A stretch of DNA of 64,000 nucleotides from Arenicellales bacterium. Lineage in GTDB: Bacteria; Pseudomonadota; Gammaproteobacteria; Arenicellales; JAJDZL01. Positions 10,628 through 20,763 of the stretch are shown in pieces (the first letter of the stretch is position 1; every line of letters begins with the position of its first letter). The DNA lies in NCBI GenBank assembly GCA_965202615.1, contig OZ241837.1, positions 2,370,894-2,434,893 of the forward strand, in the 5' to 3' direction. Under the pieces are notes generated by a model. The model had not been told where the DNA came from. It searched no databases and worked only from the letters and a program-made list of their open reading frames with translations. The translations under genes and the position numbers were made by a program.

Positions 10628-11716
10628 TTGTCTCGCTCCAAGCCTTTGCTCTTCACGCCGATTTCATTTCGCAATCTGGAATTGCAAAATCGCATTGTTG
10701 TCTCACCGATGTGCCAATACTCATCGAATGAGGGCTGTGTTTCTGACTGGCATATGATGCACCTGGGTCAGTTCGCTGTCGGGGGAGCAGGTTTGCTGAT
10801 TGTCGAGATGACCAATGTCGAATCCAGGGGGAGAATCAGCCCGCATTGTGTTGGCCTGTATAACGACAAAAACGAAGATGCGTTAAAACGTGTCGTAGAA
10901 TTTTGCAAAACATACGGCAGCACGCCGATTGGAGTTCAACTTGCGCACGCCGGACGCAAGGCGTCAACTCGGCCGCCGTGGCAACAGCGTTCCTATGTAA
11001 CGCCTCAGGAGGGCGGTTGGATACCTGTGGCACCATCGGCCATTCCAGCGACTGAGAATGGCGCGGTTCCGAATGCGCTTGAAGAACGGGAAATTGTCAA
11101 TCTGATCGATGCATTTTCGAAATCTGCTGAACGGGCGAATCGGATTGGCTTTCAGGCCATCGAACTGCATGCAGCACACGGATACCTGCTTCACCAGTTT
11201 CTGTCTCCCTTGTCAAATCAAAGGAACGACCGGTTCGGGGGATCTTTGCACAATCGCATGCGGGTTCCGCTTCAGGTATTCGAGGCCGTTCGAGCAGTTT
11301 GGCCGGAGGACAAACCGATTGGTGTGCGAGTTTCGGCAACAGATTGGGCGAAAGGCGGATGGCGCCTGGAAGACACCGTAAAATTTGGGATTGAGCTTAA
11401 GAATCTTGGCTGCGACTGGATGGACGTCTCAAGTGGAGGATTGGTAAACCATCAGGAAATTACAACCGGTCCGGGCTACCAGGTGCATCTGGCGCGTGAA
11501 ATCAGGGAACAGGTCGGGATACCGACGATTGCGGTTGGATTGATCACGGATCCTCACCATGCGGAATCTATTATTGCGAAAGGAGATGCCGATGCCGTGG
11601 CGTTGGCGCGCGGTATGCTTTACAACCCGCGTTGGGTGTGGCATGCGGCTCAGGCTCTAGGTGCGCAAGTGGAGTATCCGAATCAATACCTGCGTTGTCA
11701 CCCATCAGTGATTTAG
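10628..11716 (+). CDS. NADH:flavin oxidoreductase (Old Yellow Enzyme, YqjM/NamA-like)
   Basis: SPMCQYS, QLAHAGRKAS and HAAHGYLLHQFLSP motifs. Confidence 0.92.
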   Translation: MSRSKPLLFTPISFRNLELQNRIVVSPMCQYSSNEGCVSDWHMMHLGQFAVGGAGLLIVEMTNVESRGRISPHCVGLYNDKNEDALKRVVEFCKTYGSTPIGVQLAHAGRKASTRPPWQQRSYVTPQEGGWIPVAPSAIPATENGAVPNALEEREIVNLIDAFSKSAERANRIGFQAIELHAAHGYLLHQFLSPLSNQRNDRFGGSLHNRMRVPLQVFEAVRAVWPEDKPIGVRVSATDWAKGGWRLEDTVKFGIELKNLGCDWMDVSSGGLVNHQEITTGPGYQVHLAREIREQVGIPTIAVGLITDPHHAESIIAKGDADAVALARGMLYNPRWVWHAAQALGAQVEYPNQYLRCHPSVI

Positions 11717-11724
11717 AGGCAGTC

Positions 11725-13017
11725 TTGCATTATCGAAAACACATATTCTGCTGCGTAAACGAGCGCATACCTGAGCACCCGCGCAGCTGCTGCAGCGCTC
11801 GCGGATCAATCGAATTGCGCAACTACATGAAGTCCCGCGCCAAGGAGTTGGGCATTGATGGCATCAGGGTCAATAATTCAGGCTGCCTGGAGCGTTGTGA
11901 ACTCGGCCCTGCGATGGTGATTTACCCGGAAGGCGTTTGGTATCACTACGACTCCACTGAAGATGTCGATGAGATTCTTCAAAAGCATGTCCTGGAGAAT
12001 CAACCTGTCAAACGGCTGATGCTTGAGGATGGTCAGCAGTTTCCCGAACATGGCGGTTTCGATCGTTTGCGTCTTCGCGTCTCCGCAATGGACAAGATAA
12101 GCAGCGAGGTGCTCCGGATCGAATTTGTCAATGCCGACTCCGGAAAATTGCCGAGTTTTACCGCGGGGTCTCATCTGGATTTGCTGATTGATAACGACCG
12201 AATTCGCCGCTCATACGCCCTGATGAATGACCCGCGCGAAAGAACTCGCTATGTCATTGGAGTTCAAAGCAGCAGCAACAGGGGCGGTGGGGCCGATTGG
12301 ATCCATTCCGAGCTTCGTCGCGGCGATTTCATCCAGGCGCGCTATCCACAGAATATTTTTCAGCTTGAGGAGTCGGCGACGAACCATCTACTCATTGCGG
12401 AAGGAATCGGCGTTGCGCCAATTCTGTCAATGAGCTATCGGCTTAGAGAGATTCAGGCAGAATTTCGGGTTCATTATTTCGCGCGCTCGACTGACTGCAC
12501 CTATTTTGTTGATGAACTTCGCAATGTATGTGGGCGCCGTCTCATGATTCACCGCAATGATGGCGATATAGATGTTGAAAATGCACTTGGCAGCGAACTG
12601 AGTGACCGACCGGAAGGAGGGCATCTTTATATGTGCTGCTCAAGGCAGTTGATGTCTAATGTCACGCACGCCGCACACAGTTGGCCGACAGACGCAGTTC
12701 ACAGACTCCACTTTTTTGCGGATTCCACTGAACTATCCAACCCCCGAGCATTCAACGTTTCGCTTGCTCGCCGTCAGAAAACGCTTCGGGTTAGCGAACG
12801 GCAAAGTATTCTCGACGCGTTAAGAGACGCTGATATGCCAATAGATTATGCCTGTGAGGAGGGATTGTGCGGTGCCTGCAGAGTCGGAGTGCTATACGGA
12901 CAAGTCGAACATCTTGATTCTGTATTGACTGAAGACGAAAAGTCGAGCCAGTGCACAATGATGGTCTGCAAGTCTCGGGCTGCAATTGGTGAGTCAAGAC
13001 TGATTCTCGACATTTGA
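11725..13017 (+). CDS. Thioredoxin-like [2Fe-2S] ferredoxin fused to PDR/VanB-type flavin oxidoreductase
   Basis: N-terminus HIFCC..SCC..GCLERCELGP. Middle RRSY and GIGVAPILSM. C-terminus CEEGLCGAC...C. TTG start preceded by GAGG. Confidence 0.82.
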   Translation: MHYRKHIFCCVNERIPEHPRSCCSARGSIELRNYMKSRAKELGIDGIRVNNSGCLERCELGPAMVIYPEGVWYHYDSTEDVDEILQKHVLENQPVKRLMLEDGQQFPEHGGFDRLRLRVSAMDKISSEVLRIEFVNADSGKLPSFTAGSHLDLLIDNDRIRRSYALMNDPRERTRYVIGVQSSSNRGGGADWIHSELRRGDFIQARYPQNIFQLEESATNHLLIAEGIGVAPILSMSYRLREIQAEFRVHYFARSTDCTYFVDELRNVCGRRLMIHRNDGDIDVENALGSELSDRPEGGHLYMCCSRQLMSNVTHAAHSWPTDAVHRLHFFADSTELSNPRAFNVSLARRQKTLRVSERQSILDALRDADMPIDYACEEGLCGACRVGVLYGQVEHLDSVLTEDEKSSQCTMMVCKSRAAIGESRLILDI

Positions 13018-13047
13018 ATTTTCATAGCAGGAAACCCAACAAATAAA

Positions 13048-13845
13048 TTGAGTGAAGCACAGATGGATTTAACTGGCAAATATGCACTGGTTACCGGTGG
13101 TGGTTCGGGAATCGGACTGGCGACCGCCCAAACTCTTGCTGCGTCAAATGCAACAGTATGGGTGTGTGATGTTGATCGTACAACAATTGATGCGATAGAT
13201 AAATCTGCTCCAGGAGTATCGGGCGTGGTAGCCGATGTGGGTCGGGAAGCCGATGTCGACCAATTGTTTGACACGGTTCTCGACAGCAGCGGAGGTCGGC
13301 TGGATATCCTTGTCAACAATGCGGGGATATCAGGCCCTAACGGCGCGTTGGAGGATCTCGAACTTGACGATTGGGAATCCACACTTCGCATCAATGTGCT
13401 GAGTGCATTCTTATGCTCGCGGCGTGCCTTGCCTGTGATGAAGAAACAACGCGGCGGTTCCATTGTAAATCTGTCGTCAACGGCAGGCGTTCACGGCTAC
13501 CCGCTTCGCACTCCCTACGCCAGCGCCAAGTGGGCAATCGTTGGCCTGACCAAGTCACTGGCAATGGAGGTTGGACAATACGGAATACGGGTCAACGCAA
13601 TCTGTCCCGGAGCGGTCTCCGGGGCTCGCATGGATCGAGTCATTGCAGCCGAGGCCAAGACCCGAAACATGAATCCCCAACAGGTGCGGGACCAGTTCGT
13701 CAGTCAAACCTCGCTCAAATGTTTCGTCGATGCCATCGATATCGCACAAATGGTGCTCTTTGTTTGCTCGGAAAACGGTGCCAGAATCAGCGGACAGGCA
13801 TTGTCTGTCGACGGTAATACGGAATCTTTGTCACTGCTGGATTAG
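13048..13845 (+). CDS. Short-chain dehydrogenase/reductase
   Basis: TGGGSGIG, NNAG and YASAK motifs. Confidence 0.93.
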   Translation: MSEAQMDLTGKYALVTGGGSGIGLATAQTLAASNATVWVCDVDRTTIDAIDKSAPGVSGVVADVGREADVDQLFDTVLDSSGGRLDILVNNAGISGPNGALEDLELDDWESTLRINVLSAFLCSRRALPVMKKQRGGSIVNLSSTAGVHGYPLRTPYASAKWAIVGLTKSLAMEVGQYGIRVNAICPGAVSGARMDRVIAAEAKTRNMNPQQVRDQFVSQTSLKCFVDAIDIAQMVLFVCSENGARISGQALSVDGNTESLSLLD

Positions 13846-14038
13846 GTGCGTCGATATTCAGCGGGATTTGGATTGAAATTGGCGCGGACAGCAAAAAAAA
13901 TAGACTTTCTTATCCGTCTTTGGTAAATTAGCCAATCTTGACGCTTTCACCTCAGGTTTCATTTGCAGTCTGACCCGTGGAGAGCGGCTTGATAGTTGAC
14001 ATTCCAACACAAAGATAGAGCTTTATGGAGAATTACGA

Positions 14039-15070
14039 ATGAAAAAAACATTGAACCAAATGTTGATTGCGGTTTTTGCATCAGTATTGACTGGATTTGG
14101 TCTCTTGGCATCAACGACGGTTAGCGCTGGAAACGGCCCGGGAGGATATCCCAACCGACCGATCACAGTAATTTGTTGTTACGGAAAAGGTGGCGGTTCA
14201 GATCAGGCAGTCGATGCAATCGTAGGCCCTGCGGCCAAAATCATGAACGCGAAAATCAACAAGATCAATATTACCGGAGGCGGTGGATTGAACTGTCTTC
14301 CCGAATTTTTGCAAGCACCAGCGGATGGCTATACGCTGTTGCAACACATCGATACATTGCCTTCGCGCTACGTTGAGGGACGAATCGACTTGAATCCTGT
14401 TACCGATGTTGAATCTCTCGTCATCATGAATGTTGCCCCGACAATGCTGTTCATTAATGGTGAGGACGAACGATTTCAAACCGATGGCGTGGCTGATTGG
14501 GACAAAGTGGTTGAATATGCCAAACAAGGAGAAGGCAATTTGACCGTATCGAACATCAACATTCCGATGGAACTGGTCAGCATGGCCGTCGTGGAAAATC
14601 ATTTTGGATTCAAAGCCAAACAAGTGCTGACGGGTAAGTCTGGCGAGCGCTTTGGTGCGGTCATTGGCGGACAGCTCGATGTCCTGATGGAACAGCCGGG
14701 CGATGTGTCCAAATACGTCGAAGCCGGGAATCTGAAACCGGTTCTTGCATTGTGGCCGACGCGATTTGAAAATTTTCCGCAGGTCAAGGCACTCGGTTCA
14801 GACTATGGTCTTGACTGGGAACCCCTGTTGAGATTCCGCGGCATGTTCACCAGACAGGGGACACCGCCGGAAATCGTCGATTACCTGGCTCAAGTTTTTG
14901 CCGAGGCTTACAATTCAGAAGAACATCAGGATTTTGTCAAACGCAAGAGTCTTGACATTGTCGACTCGTTTCGAAGCCGGGCAGATACCACGAAAATTAT
15001 TGAAGATTCAGTCGGTGTCTATGTCGGCGCCTTTCGTGAATTAGGGCTTCCGATTCGCGAAGGATTGTAA
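14039..15070 (+). CDS. tctC: Tripartite tricarboxylate transporter substrate-binding protein
   Basis: Signal peptide, YPNRPIT..GGGSD and ADGYTL motifs. Lies upstream of tctB and tctA. Confidence 0.88.
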   Translation: MKKTLNQMLIAVFASVLTGFGLLASTTVSAGNGPGGYPNRPITVICCYGKGGGSDQAVDAIVGPAAKIMNAKINKINITGGGGLNCLPEFLQAPADGYTLLQHIDTLPSRYVEGRIDLNPVTDVESLVIMNVAPTMLFINGEDERFQTDGVADWDKVVEYAKQGEGNLTVSNINIPMELVSMAVVENHFGFKAKQVLTGKSGERFGAVIGGQLDVLMEQPGDVSKYVEAGNLKPVLALWPTRFENFPQVKALGSDYGLDWEPLLRFRGMFTRQGTPPEIVDYLAQVFAEAYNSEEHQDFVKRKSLDIVDSFRSRADTTKIIEDSVGVYVGAFRELGLPIREGL

Positions 15071-15092
15071 TCCGCCTCGTTTTACGCCAATA

Positions 15093-15129
15093 CCGTCAGC
15101 AGTTTCGGAGTATTCGAAACTGCTGACGG
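15093..15129 (+). terminator. 15-bp perfect stem-loop between tctC and tctB (mRNA stabiliser or attenuator)
   Basis: CCGTCAGCAGTTTCG-gagtatt-CGAAACTGCTGACGG. Confidence 0.7.
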
Positions 15130-15136
15130 CTATTGT

Positions 15137-15709
15137 TTGCAATCCCAACAAATCACAAAATTCTTGATCGTGTCCACTCCGCAAGCAACTGTCTTCAAAC
15201 GTTATTCTCACCTAATCGAAGGATTGTTGTGGTTGCTCTTTATTATTTTGGCAGCGATTTACACGTTTGATTTTGACGATCCACTGCCGGTTTACGAATG
15301 GGGTCCGGCACATTGGCCGAGAGTCGTTTTATTTGGCATGTTTGTTGCGTCCTGCTGGCTGATATTTATCGAATTTCGCAAAGGCCGAAGATCCGAAGGT
15401 CAATCAAAGGACAGTAAGGCGCTTGAAATGCCGATGTCTGTCCGGGTTCGCATGGTCTTTATTTTTACCGTTCCTGTTGTTTATGCGTTCCTGATTCACA
15501 AAATGGGTTTCTTGCTGGTTACGCCATTTTTCCTGTTTGGCTACATGTGGCTTATGGGCGTACATCGATTGCGGACGCTGATCATTATGACGCTCGGAAT
15601 CTACTCTGCCATTGTCATTATTTTTGTCAAGTTGATTTTCACTTACCTGCCGCCCGGTGCAGGCATTTTCAACACGATTAATGGAATGATCCTGGGACTG
15701 TTGCAGTAA
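15137..15709 (+). CDS. tctB: TctB small membrane subunit
   Basis: About 4 TM helices, GPAHWPR and YLPPG motifs. Start uncertain (GTG 15170 is possible). Confidence 0.82.
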   Translation: MQSQQITKFLIVSTPQATVFKRYSHLIEGLLWLLFIILAAIYTFDFDDPLPVYEWGPAHWPRVVLFGMFVASCWLIFIEFRKGRRSEGQSKDSKALEMPMSVRVRMVFIFTVPVVYAFLIHKMGFLLVTPFFLFGYMWLMGVHRLRTLIIMTLGIYSAIVIIFVKLIFTYLPPGAGIFNTINGMILGLLQ

Positions 15710-17220
15710 TGGAAAATTTTTTAATCGGTACTGCGCAGCTGTTTACCGATCCAATCGGCATTCTGATCTTTGTGGTCGGATTGGTTGGAGGGTTGGTGTT
15801 TGGTGCAGTTCCCGGGTTGAGCTTGCTGACCCTGGCAGCCGTGTTGTTACCATTTACAGCCTACCTTTCTTCAACCCATGCAATTATGTTGTATGGCGTC
15901 ATCTATGTTTCCGGTGTATACGGGGGTGCGGTGACGGCAATATTGTTCAACATTCCAGGCTCCGTGGAGAATGCGCCAACTGCCTTTGACGGCTATCCGA
16001 TGACCCGCCAGGGTCAGTCAGGGAAAGCGATAGGCTATGCGGTTACCTGCTCTGCGTTTGGAGGCACGATCGCCGCGGTCGCAATGATGGCGTTTACCGG
16101 TCCGGTCGCAAATTTTGCGATTCGAAATTTCGGGCCTGTCGAGATATTCGCACTGGTTTTTTTCGGCCTGGCGGTGGTTGCTGGTATCGGCACCCAGTCG
16201 ATCGCAAAGGGGTGGCTGTCGCTGCTTGTCGGATTGCTGATCGGTTCGATTGGAAGCGATCCGGTTGGCGGTATACCCAGATTTAATTTCGGCACTCTTT
16301 ACCTGCATGGCGGGGTCCACTTTATCCCGCTAATCCTGGGATTTTTCGCGGTTGCAGAAGTGTTTGTGCAAGGGCTGCGATTGGCCCGCGGGGAGTATGA
16401 GGCGCCCAAGGTGTCGGTTTCGTATCCGACATTCTTTGAATTTTGGAAGATGAAATTCATCGTTGTGCGCTCTGCGCTTATTGGGTTTTTCTGTGGAGTA
16501 CTGCCCGGAATTGGCGCTACCCTGGCTGCGTTCATGTCGTACAACGAAGCGGTTCGATGGTCGAAGAACCCCGAAAAATTCGGAAAAGGGGAACCTGAAG
16601 GAGTCGTCGCGCCGGAAACCGCAAATAATGCCGCGACGGGCGCAGCCATGATTCCTTTGCTGGCACTCGGGCTTCCCGGTGGCGCACTCACTGCCATGAT
16701 GATCGGAGTATTCAATCTTCACGATATGGACGTGGGGCCTCTGATCATGCTTGAGGCACATGACCTTGTGTGGGTGTTGTTTGCCTCAATGTTTTGGGCC
16801 AGCGTTGCAATTTTGCTGGTCGGGGTTGTTGAAGCCAAGGGCATCGTCAATCTTCTGAGGATTCCGTTTCCGATCCTGGCACCGGCAATTTTGATTTTTG
16901 CAACCATTGGCGCATTTGCCCTTCGAGGAAACATCCTGGACGTGTATTCGATGTTTGTCGCGGGCGCGCTTGGTTTCCTGATGAGGAAAGGCGACTATTC
17001 GATTCCTGCTCTGGTGATGGGCGTGATCCTCGGTCAAATTGGTGAAGATACATTTTCCAGATCAATGGTATTGCTGGACTACAACGTATTCGCACTGTTT
17101 ACGACGCCAATCAGCGCAATATTTGTGTCGGCCGGATTGATCACAATTACGATGAATATTATTCGTCACAGAGAATTGTTTGGAAGTTACTACGCGGATT
17201 TTGAAGACGAAAACGCCTGA
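15709..17220 (+). CDS. tctA: TctA large membrane subunit
   Basis: NIPG, DGYPM, PETANNA and LGLPG motifs. Confidence 0.92.
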   Translation: MENFLIGTAQLFTDPIGILIFVVGLVGGLVFGAVPGLSLLTLAAVLLPFTAYLSSTHAIMLYGVIYVSGVYGGAVTAILFNIPGSVENAPTAFDGYPMTRQGQSGKAIGYAVTCSAFGGTIAAVAMMAFTGPVANFAIRNFGPVEIFALVFFGLAVVAGIGTQSIAKGWLSLLVGLLIGSIGSDPVGGIPRFNFGTLYLHGGVHFIPLILGFFAVAEVFVQGLRLARGEYEAPKVSVSYPTFFEFWKMKFIVVRSALIGFFCGVLPGIGATLAAFMSYNEAVRWSKNPEKFGKGEPEGVVAPETANNAATGAAMIPLLALGLPGGALTAMMIGVFNLHDMDVGPLIMLEAHDLVWVLFASMFWASVAILLVGVVEAKGIVNLLRIPFPILAPAILIFATIGAFALRGNILDVYSMFVAGALGFLMRKGDYSIPALVMGVILGQIGEDTFSRSMVLLDYNVFALFTTPISAIFVSAGLITITMNIIRHRELFGSYYADFEDENA

Positions 17221-17374
17221 TTTTCAGGTGTCTCAATAAATATTTTGTTGCCTGTGCTCGATAATATTCGAGACTTCCTTTTGTGTTGGATTCGAAGCAC
17301 AATAAAATCACTTTCTTGAAATAGCGAGCCGGCAAATTTGTATCTCGACCGGGTTTGAATAAAGGAGCGAAACG

Positions 17375-18616
17375 ATGATTGATGAATTAAGGATCAATGG
17401 CGACAGGCTGTGGGAATCTCTCATGGAAATGGCAAAAATCGGCGCAACCGAGAAAGGCGGAGTCTGTCGGCTGGCATTGACTGATCTGGACAGGGAGAGC
17501 AGGGATTTATTGACCGAATGGGCGAAGCAAGCAGGTTGCACTCGCCTGGTCGACCCGATGGGAAATATGTTTTTTCGTCGACCGGGGAGGTTGTCAAGCA
17601 GCAAGTCGGTCGCATCGGGAAGTCACCTGGATACTCAGCCGACCGGTGGCAAATTTGATGGTGTTTACGGTGTTCTGGCGGCCCTGGAAGTGATCCGAAC
17701 ACTGAACGATGCAAATATTGAAACGGACTTGCCGGTTGAAATGGTGGTCTGGACCAACGAGGAGGGTGCGCGTTTCCCGCCCGCAATGATCGGTTCGGCA
17801 ATTTACGCGCATGCGTTTGACCTTGATTATGGACATTCTCGTGCGGACCTTGACGGAAATACGATCGGCGGCGAGCTCGAACGCATCGGTTATCACGGTG
17901 ATCCCTTGCCGGAAGAACATGGTTTTTCCGCTTTCTTTGAAACGCATATCGAGCAGGGTCCGATTTTGGAGGAGATGGAACGCACGATCGGTGTCGTAAC
18001 AGGTGTGCAAGGCGTGCACTGGTATGATGTGACTGTGGTGGGTGAAGAATCTCACGCGGGACCCACTCCAATGGCAACCCGGCGCGATGCTTTAAGAGGC
18101 GCGGTGGAACTGGTTGGAAATCTGTATCCGATCGCTGAAAATTCCGGATTCGATGCCCGGCTCACAGTGGGTGAGTTCAGAACCTACCCGGGCTCGCGCA
18201 ATACTGTGCCATCTCGAGTCGAGTTTACGATTGATATCCGTCATCCTGACGTTGAGGTGTTTGATGAAATTCATGACGAGATCGTCGCGATGGTACAAGA
18301 GTTTGATCGAACGTCTGAACTGCAGGTTGAAATCAACTCGATCTGGCGCGCGGCTCCGGTTGAGTTTGAAAACTCATGCGTCGACGCGGTCCGCAACAGC
18401 GCTAAAAAATGCGGTTATGGTTTCAATGAAATGGTCAGTGGTGCGGGTCACGATTCGGTGCACATCTCAACGGTCGCGCCAACTTCAATGATTTTCATTC
18501 CTTGCGACGGAGGCGTGAGTCACAATGAATCCGAAAACACGTCCAGCGAGTTTTGTGAAGCCGGAGCGAATACTCTGCTGCATTCAATGATTGAAAAAGC
18601 GGGAATCGCTGCATGA
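17375..18616 (+). CDS. M20 Zn-dependent N-carbamoyl-amino-acid / allantoate-type amidohydrolase
   Basis: GSHLDTQPTGGKFDG, NEEGARF, HIEQGP and SGAGHD motifs. Confidence 0.9.
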   Translation: MIDELRINGDRLWESLMEMAKIGATEKGGVCRLALTDLDRESRDLLTEWAKQAGCTRLVDPMGNMFFRRPGRLSSSKSVASGSHLDTQPTGGKFDGVYGVLAALEVIRTLNDANIETDLPVEMVVWTNEEGARFPPAMIGSAIYAHAFDLDYGHSRADLDGNTIGGELERIGYHGDPLPEEHGFSAFFETHIEQGPILEEMERTIGVVTGVQGVHWYDVTVVGEESHAGPTPMATRRDALRGAVELVGNLYPIAENSGFDARLTVGEFRTYPGSRNTVPSRVEFTIDIRHPDVEVFDEIHDEIVAMVQEFDRTSELQVEINSIWRAAPVEFENSCVDAVRNSAKKCGYGFNEMVSGAGHDSVHISTVAPTSMIFIPCDGGVSHNESENTSSEFCEAGANTLLHSMIEKAGIAA

Positions 18617-19578
18617 ACAAGGTTATCGATGTTCTGGGCATCGGTAATGCGATCGTCGACATTCTATGCAGCGTCGATGATGACGAGTTGCAGCAAAAAG
18701 GACTGATCAAGGGGTCCATGGCGCTCATTGACGACGAGACGCGGGCATCACTGGACTCAACAGTCACGCCAATTTGTCGGCAATCAGGAGGGTCAGTCGC
18801 GAATTCAGTGGTGCATGTTGCCGAGCTCTCGGGAGGCAGTCAATATATCGGCAAGGTTGCAAATGACACCACGGGACGGCAATTCATTGACGACATGGGT
18901 CGTTCCGGCGTCATATTCAATTCGACCGTATTGAATTCGGGTGCGTCTACCGGACGATGTTTCGTTTTTGTGACGCCAGACGGTCAGCGAACCATGTGCA
19001 CCTATCTCGGGGCATGTGTGGACCTGGGCATTGATGATGTCGATGTCGCTGCGATCAAGCGCTCCAAAACCCTGTTAATCGAAGGATACCTGTGGTCTTC
19101 TTCGAGTGCAAGAGAAATGATTTTGAAGTCTGCTGCAATTGCCCAGGAAAGTGAAACGCTGGTCGCGTTTTCATTGTCAGACCCCTATCTGGTTGATGGT
19201 TACCGTTCGCAGTTGCAGGAATTTGTCCAAAATCATGTGGATTTGCTGTTTGGCAACGAACGCGAGATGGAAGAACTTCACCAGACTCATGGATTGGACA
19301 ACACCATCGTGGCGCTTAGTCCGCTCGTCAGCCACCTGGTTATCACTCGAGGGGAGCTCGGGTCAGTTGCGGTCGTCAATGACGAAATGTTCAAATGTTC
19401 CGCTGCGCCGGTCGAAGATGTTGTGGATACCACCGGAGCAGGAGACGCTTACGCGGGCGGATATCTTTACGGGTTTGCCCGGGAATTTCCAGTCGCGAAA
19501 TGCATGAGTATTGCGTCCGATGTGGCAGGTCGGGTGATCGGTCATTTTGGTGGACGCAATATGCAGAAATTTGCTTGA
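18613..19578 (+). CDS. PfkB-family sugar/adenosine kinase
   Basis: GNAIVD, SGGSVAN and DTTGAGDAYAGG motifs. Confidence 0.9.
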   Translation: MNKVIDVLGIGNAIVDILCSVDDDELQQKGLIKGSMALIDDETRASLDSTVTPICRQSGGSVANSVVHVAELSGGSQYIGKVANDTTGRQFIDDMGRSGVIFNSTVLNSGASTGRCFVFVTPDGQRTMCTYLGACVDLGIDDVDVAAIKRSKTLLIEGYLWSSSSAREMILKSAAIAQESETLVAFSLSDPYLVDGYRSQLQEFVQNHVDLLFGNEREMEELHQTHGLDNTIVALSPLVSHLVITRGELGSVAVVNDEMFKCSAAPVEDVVDTTGAGDAYAGGYLYGFAREFPVAKCMSIASDVAGRVIGHFGGRNMQKFA

Positions 19579-19639
19579 CGTAATGCGGAAGCACCAAATT
19601 CAATGAACAAAGTACAGTTGGCGCAAAATCCGTGAACTG

Positions 19640-19855
19640 CAACGATCATTGACTTTGCGGATAGGAGTTTTCTGCCATGGCCGTCGAGTCGCTGCCTTTT
19701 CGGGGCTCGCGCAATCCGCTTCACGAAAGCTTCACCAACTGGATGCTGCCTCGTGCATTAACGATTTGGTGAGACCAGGCAATCGGCTGGAGGCGCTTAA
19801 GGGTCAGATAAACGGGCAGTGGAGCATCCGTATCGACCTGTTTCAGGTGAATTGA
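19640..19855 (+). pseudogene. higB: HigB (RelE/ParE) toxin 5' remnant, frameshifted and truncated
   Basis: RKLHQLDAA...[10 protein letters not shown]...GQWSIRID is present. The QWRICF..DYH C-terminus is missing. Confidence 0.8.
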
Positions 19856-20019
19856 AAGAAACATCGGTCCAACTGAGCAGAATCAACTGTTCTATTTCTG
19901 ATTAGGAAACTGAACTCATGTTCATATTAATTGGAATTCAATATTTGTTCACGCCAAGTATCGAATTTTTGGTTTCGAGCGACAATAACCTCGCCAACAG
20001 TCTCTGAAGTAAAAAACAG

Positions 20020-20107
20020 CTGACATGAGATAAAAATTCCCTATATAATCATTCGCAATTCATCCCCGTCGGACCTGCCGCAAGGCCTTCGCCGGGGTTA
20101 TTTTTTT
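20020..20107 (+). promoter_or_regulatory. Sigma70-like promoter, GC hairpin with GCAA tetraloop, and U-tract ahead of the NYN gene
   Basis: CTGACA 20020-25, TATAAT 20044-49, hairpin 20064-20097, then TTATTTTTTT. Confidence 0.55.
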
Positions 20108-20117
20108 GTCCTTTGCC

Positions 20118-20290
20118 ATGCCCAAAGAACCGAACGTAAAGCGGGCTATTTCGTTCATTGATGGACAGAACCTGTTTCAGCGCTCCAAGCAAAGCCACAC
20201 GATTCGGACGCAAGAGCCTTTGTTGCAGAGCTTGTCTATGCCAATACCCGGGGGAACTTAATCCCAACCCGCGTCAAAATTAAATTAATG
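20118..20290 (+). pseudogene. NYN-domain (PIN-like RNase) N-terminal remnant
   Basis: Translates as MPKEPNVKRAISFIDGQNLF (FxDGxN motif), then frameshifts and truncates. Confidence 0.7.
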
Positions 20291-20325
20291 ATTCAGTTGA
20301 CTGGGTAAATTAGCGGAACCTTTCG

Positions 20326-20763
20326 ATGAGCACGGTTCTTCAAGATGTCATAAGCAAAACAATCGATGCGGAGTACATACAGCGCCGCGTCAACGATTGG
20401 AATGAGCGCGTGAACCAGTTGTATGCCTTGATCAACGACTGGCTTCCGGAGGGATGGGAGGCCAAGCAAGGGCCCCCGGTCGTCATGCACGAGGATTTGA
20501 TGCGGAAACACGACGTTGGTGTGACACAGATACCGACGCTCGAACTTAACGACCGTGTAGGCCATGTTGCCAAGATCGTTCCGCGCGGACTGTGGATTAT
20601 CGGCACCAATGGCCGTCTGGATCTGAAGCGGCAAGGGCACCACTACCTGATCTTCGATATGGCCGAGAGTTTCAACGTGCCCGATTGGCAGGCTTCGAGC
20701 GCTAAACAGAGACAAGTCCTCAAGGCTGTAAACGAAGATTGGCTGAAGCGCATCCTGCAGTGA
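20326..20763 (+). CDS. Hypothetical protein (145 aa)
   Basis: Intact ORF coupled by GTGA to the downstream HEPN-like gene. No family recognised. Confidence 0.65.
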   Translation: MSTVLQDVISKTIDAEYIQRRVNDWNERVNQLYALINDWLPEGWEAKQGPPVVMHEDLMRKHDVGVTQIPTLELNDRVGHVAKIVPRGLWIIGTNGRLDLKRQGHHYLIFDMAESFNVPDWQASSAKQRQVLKAVNEDWLKRILQ

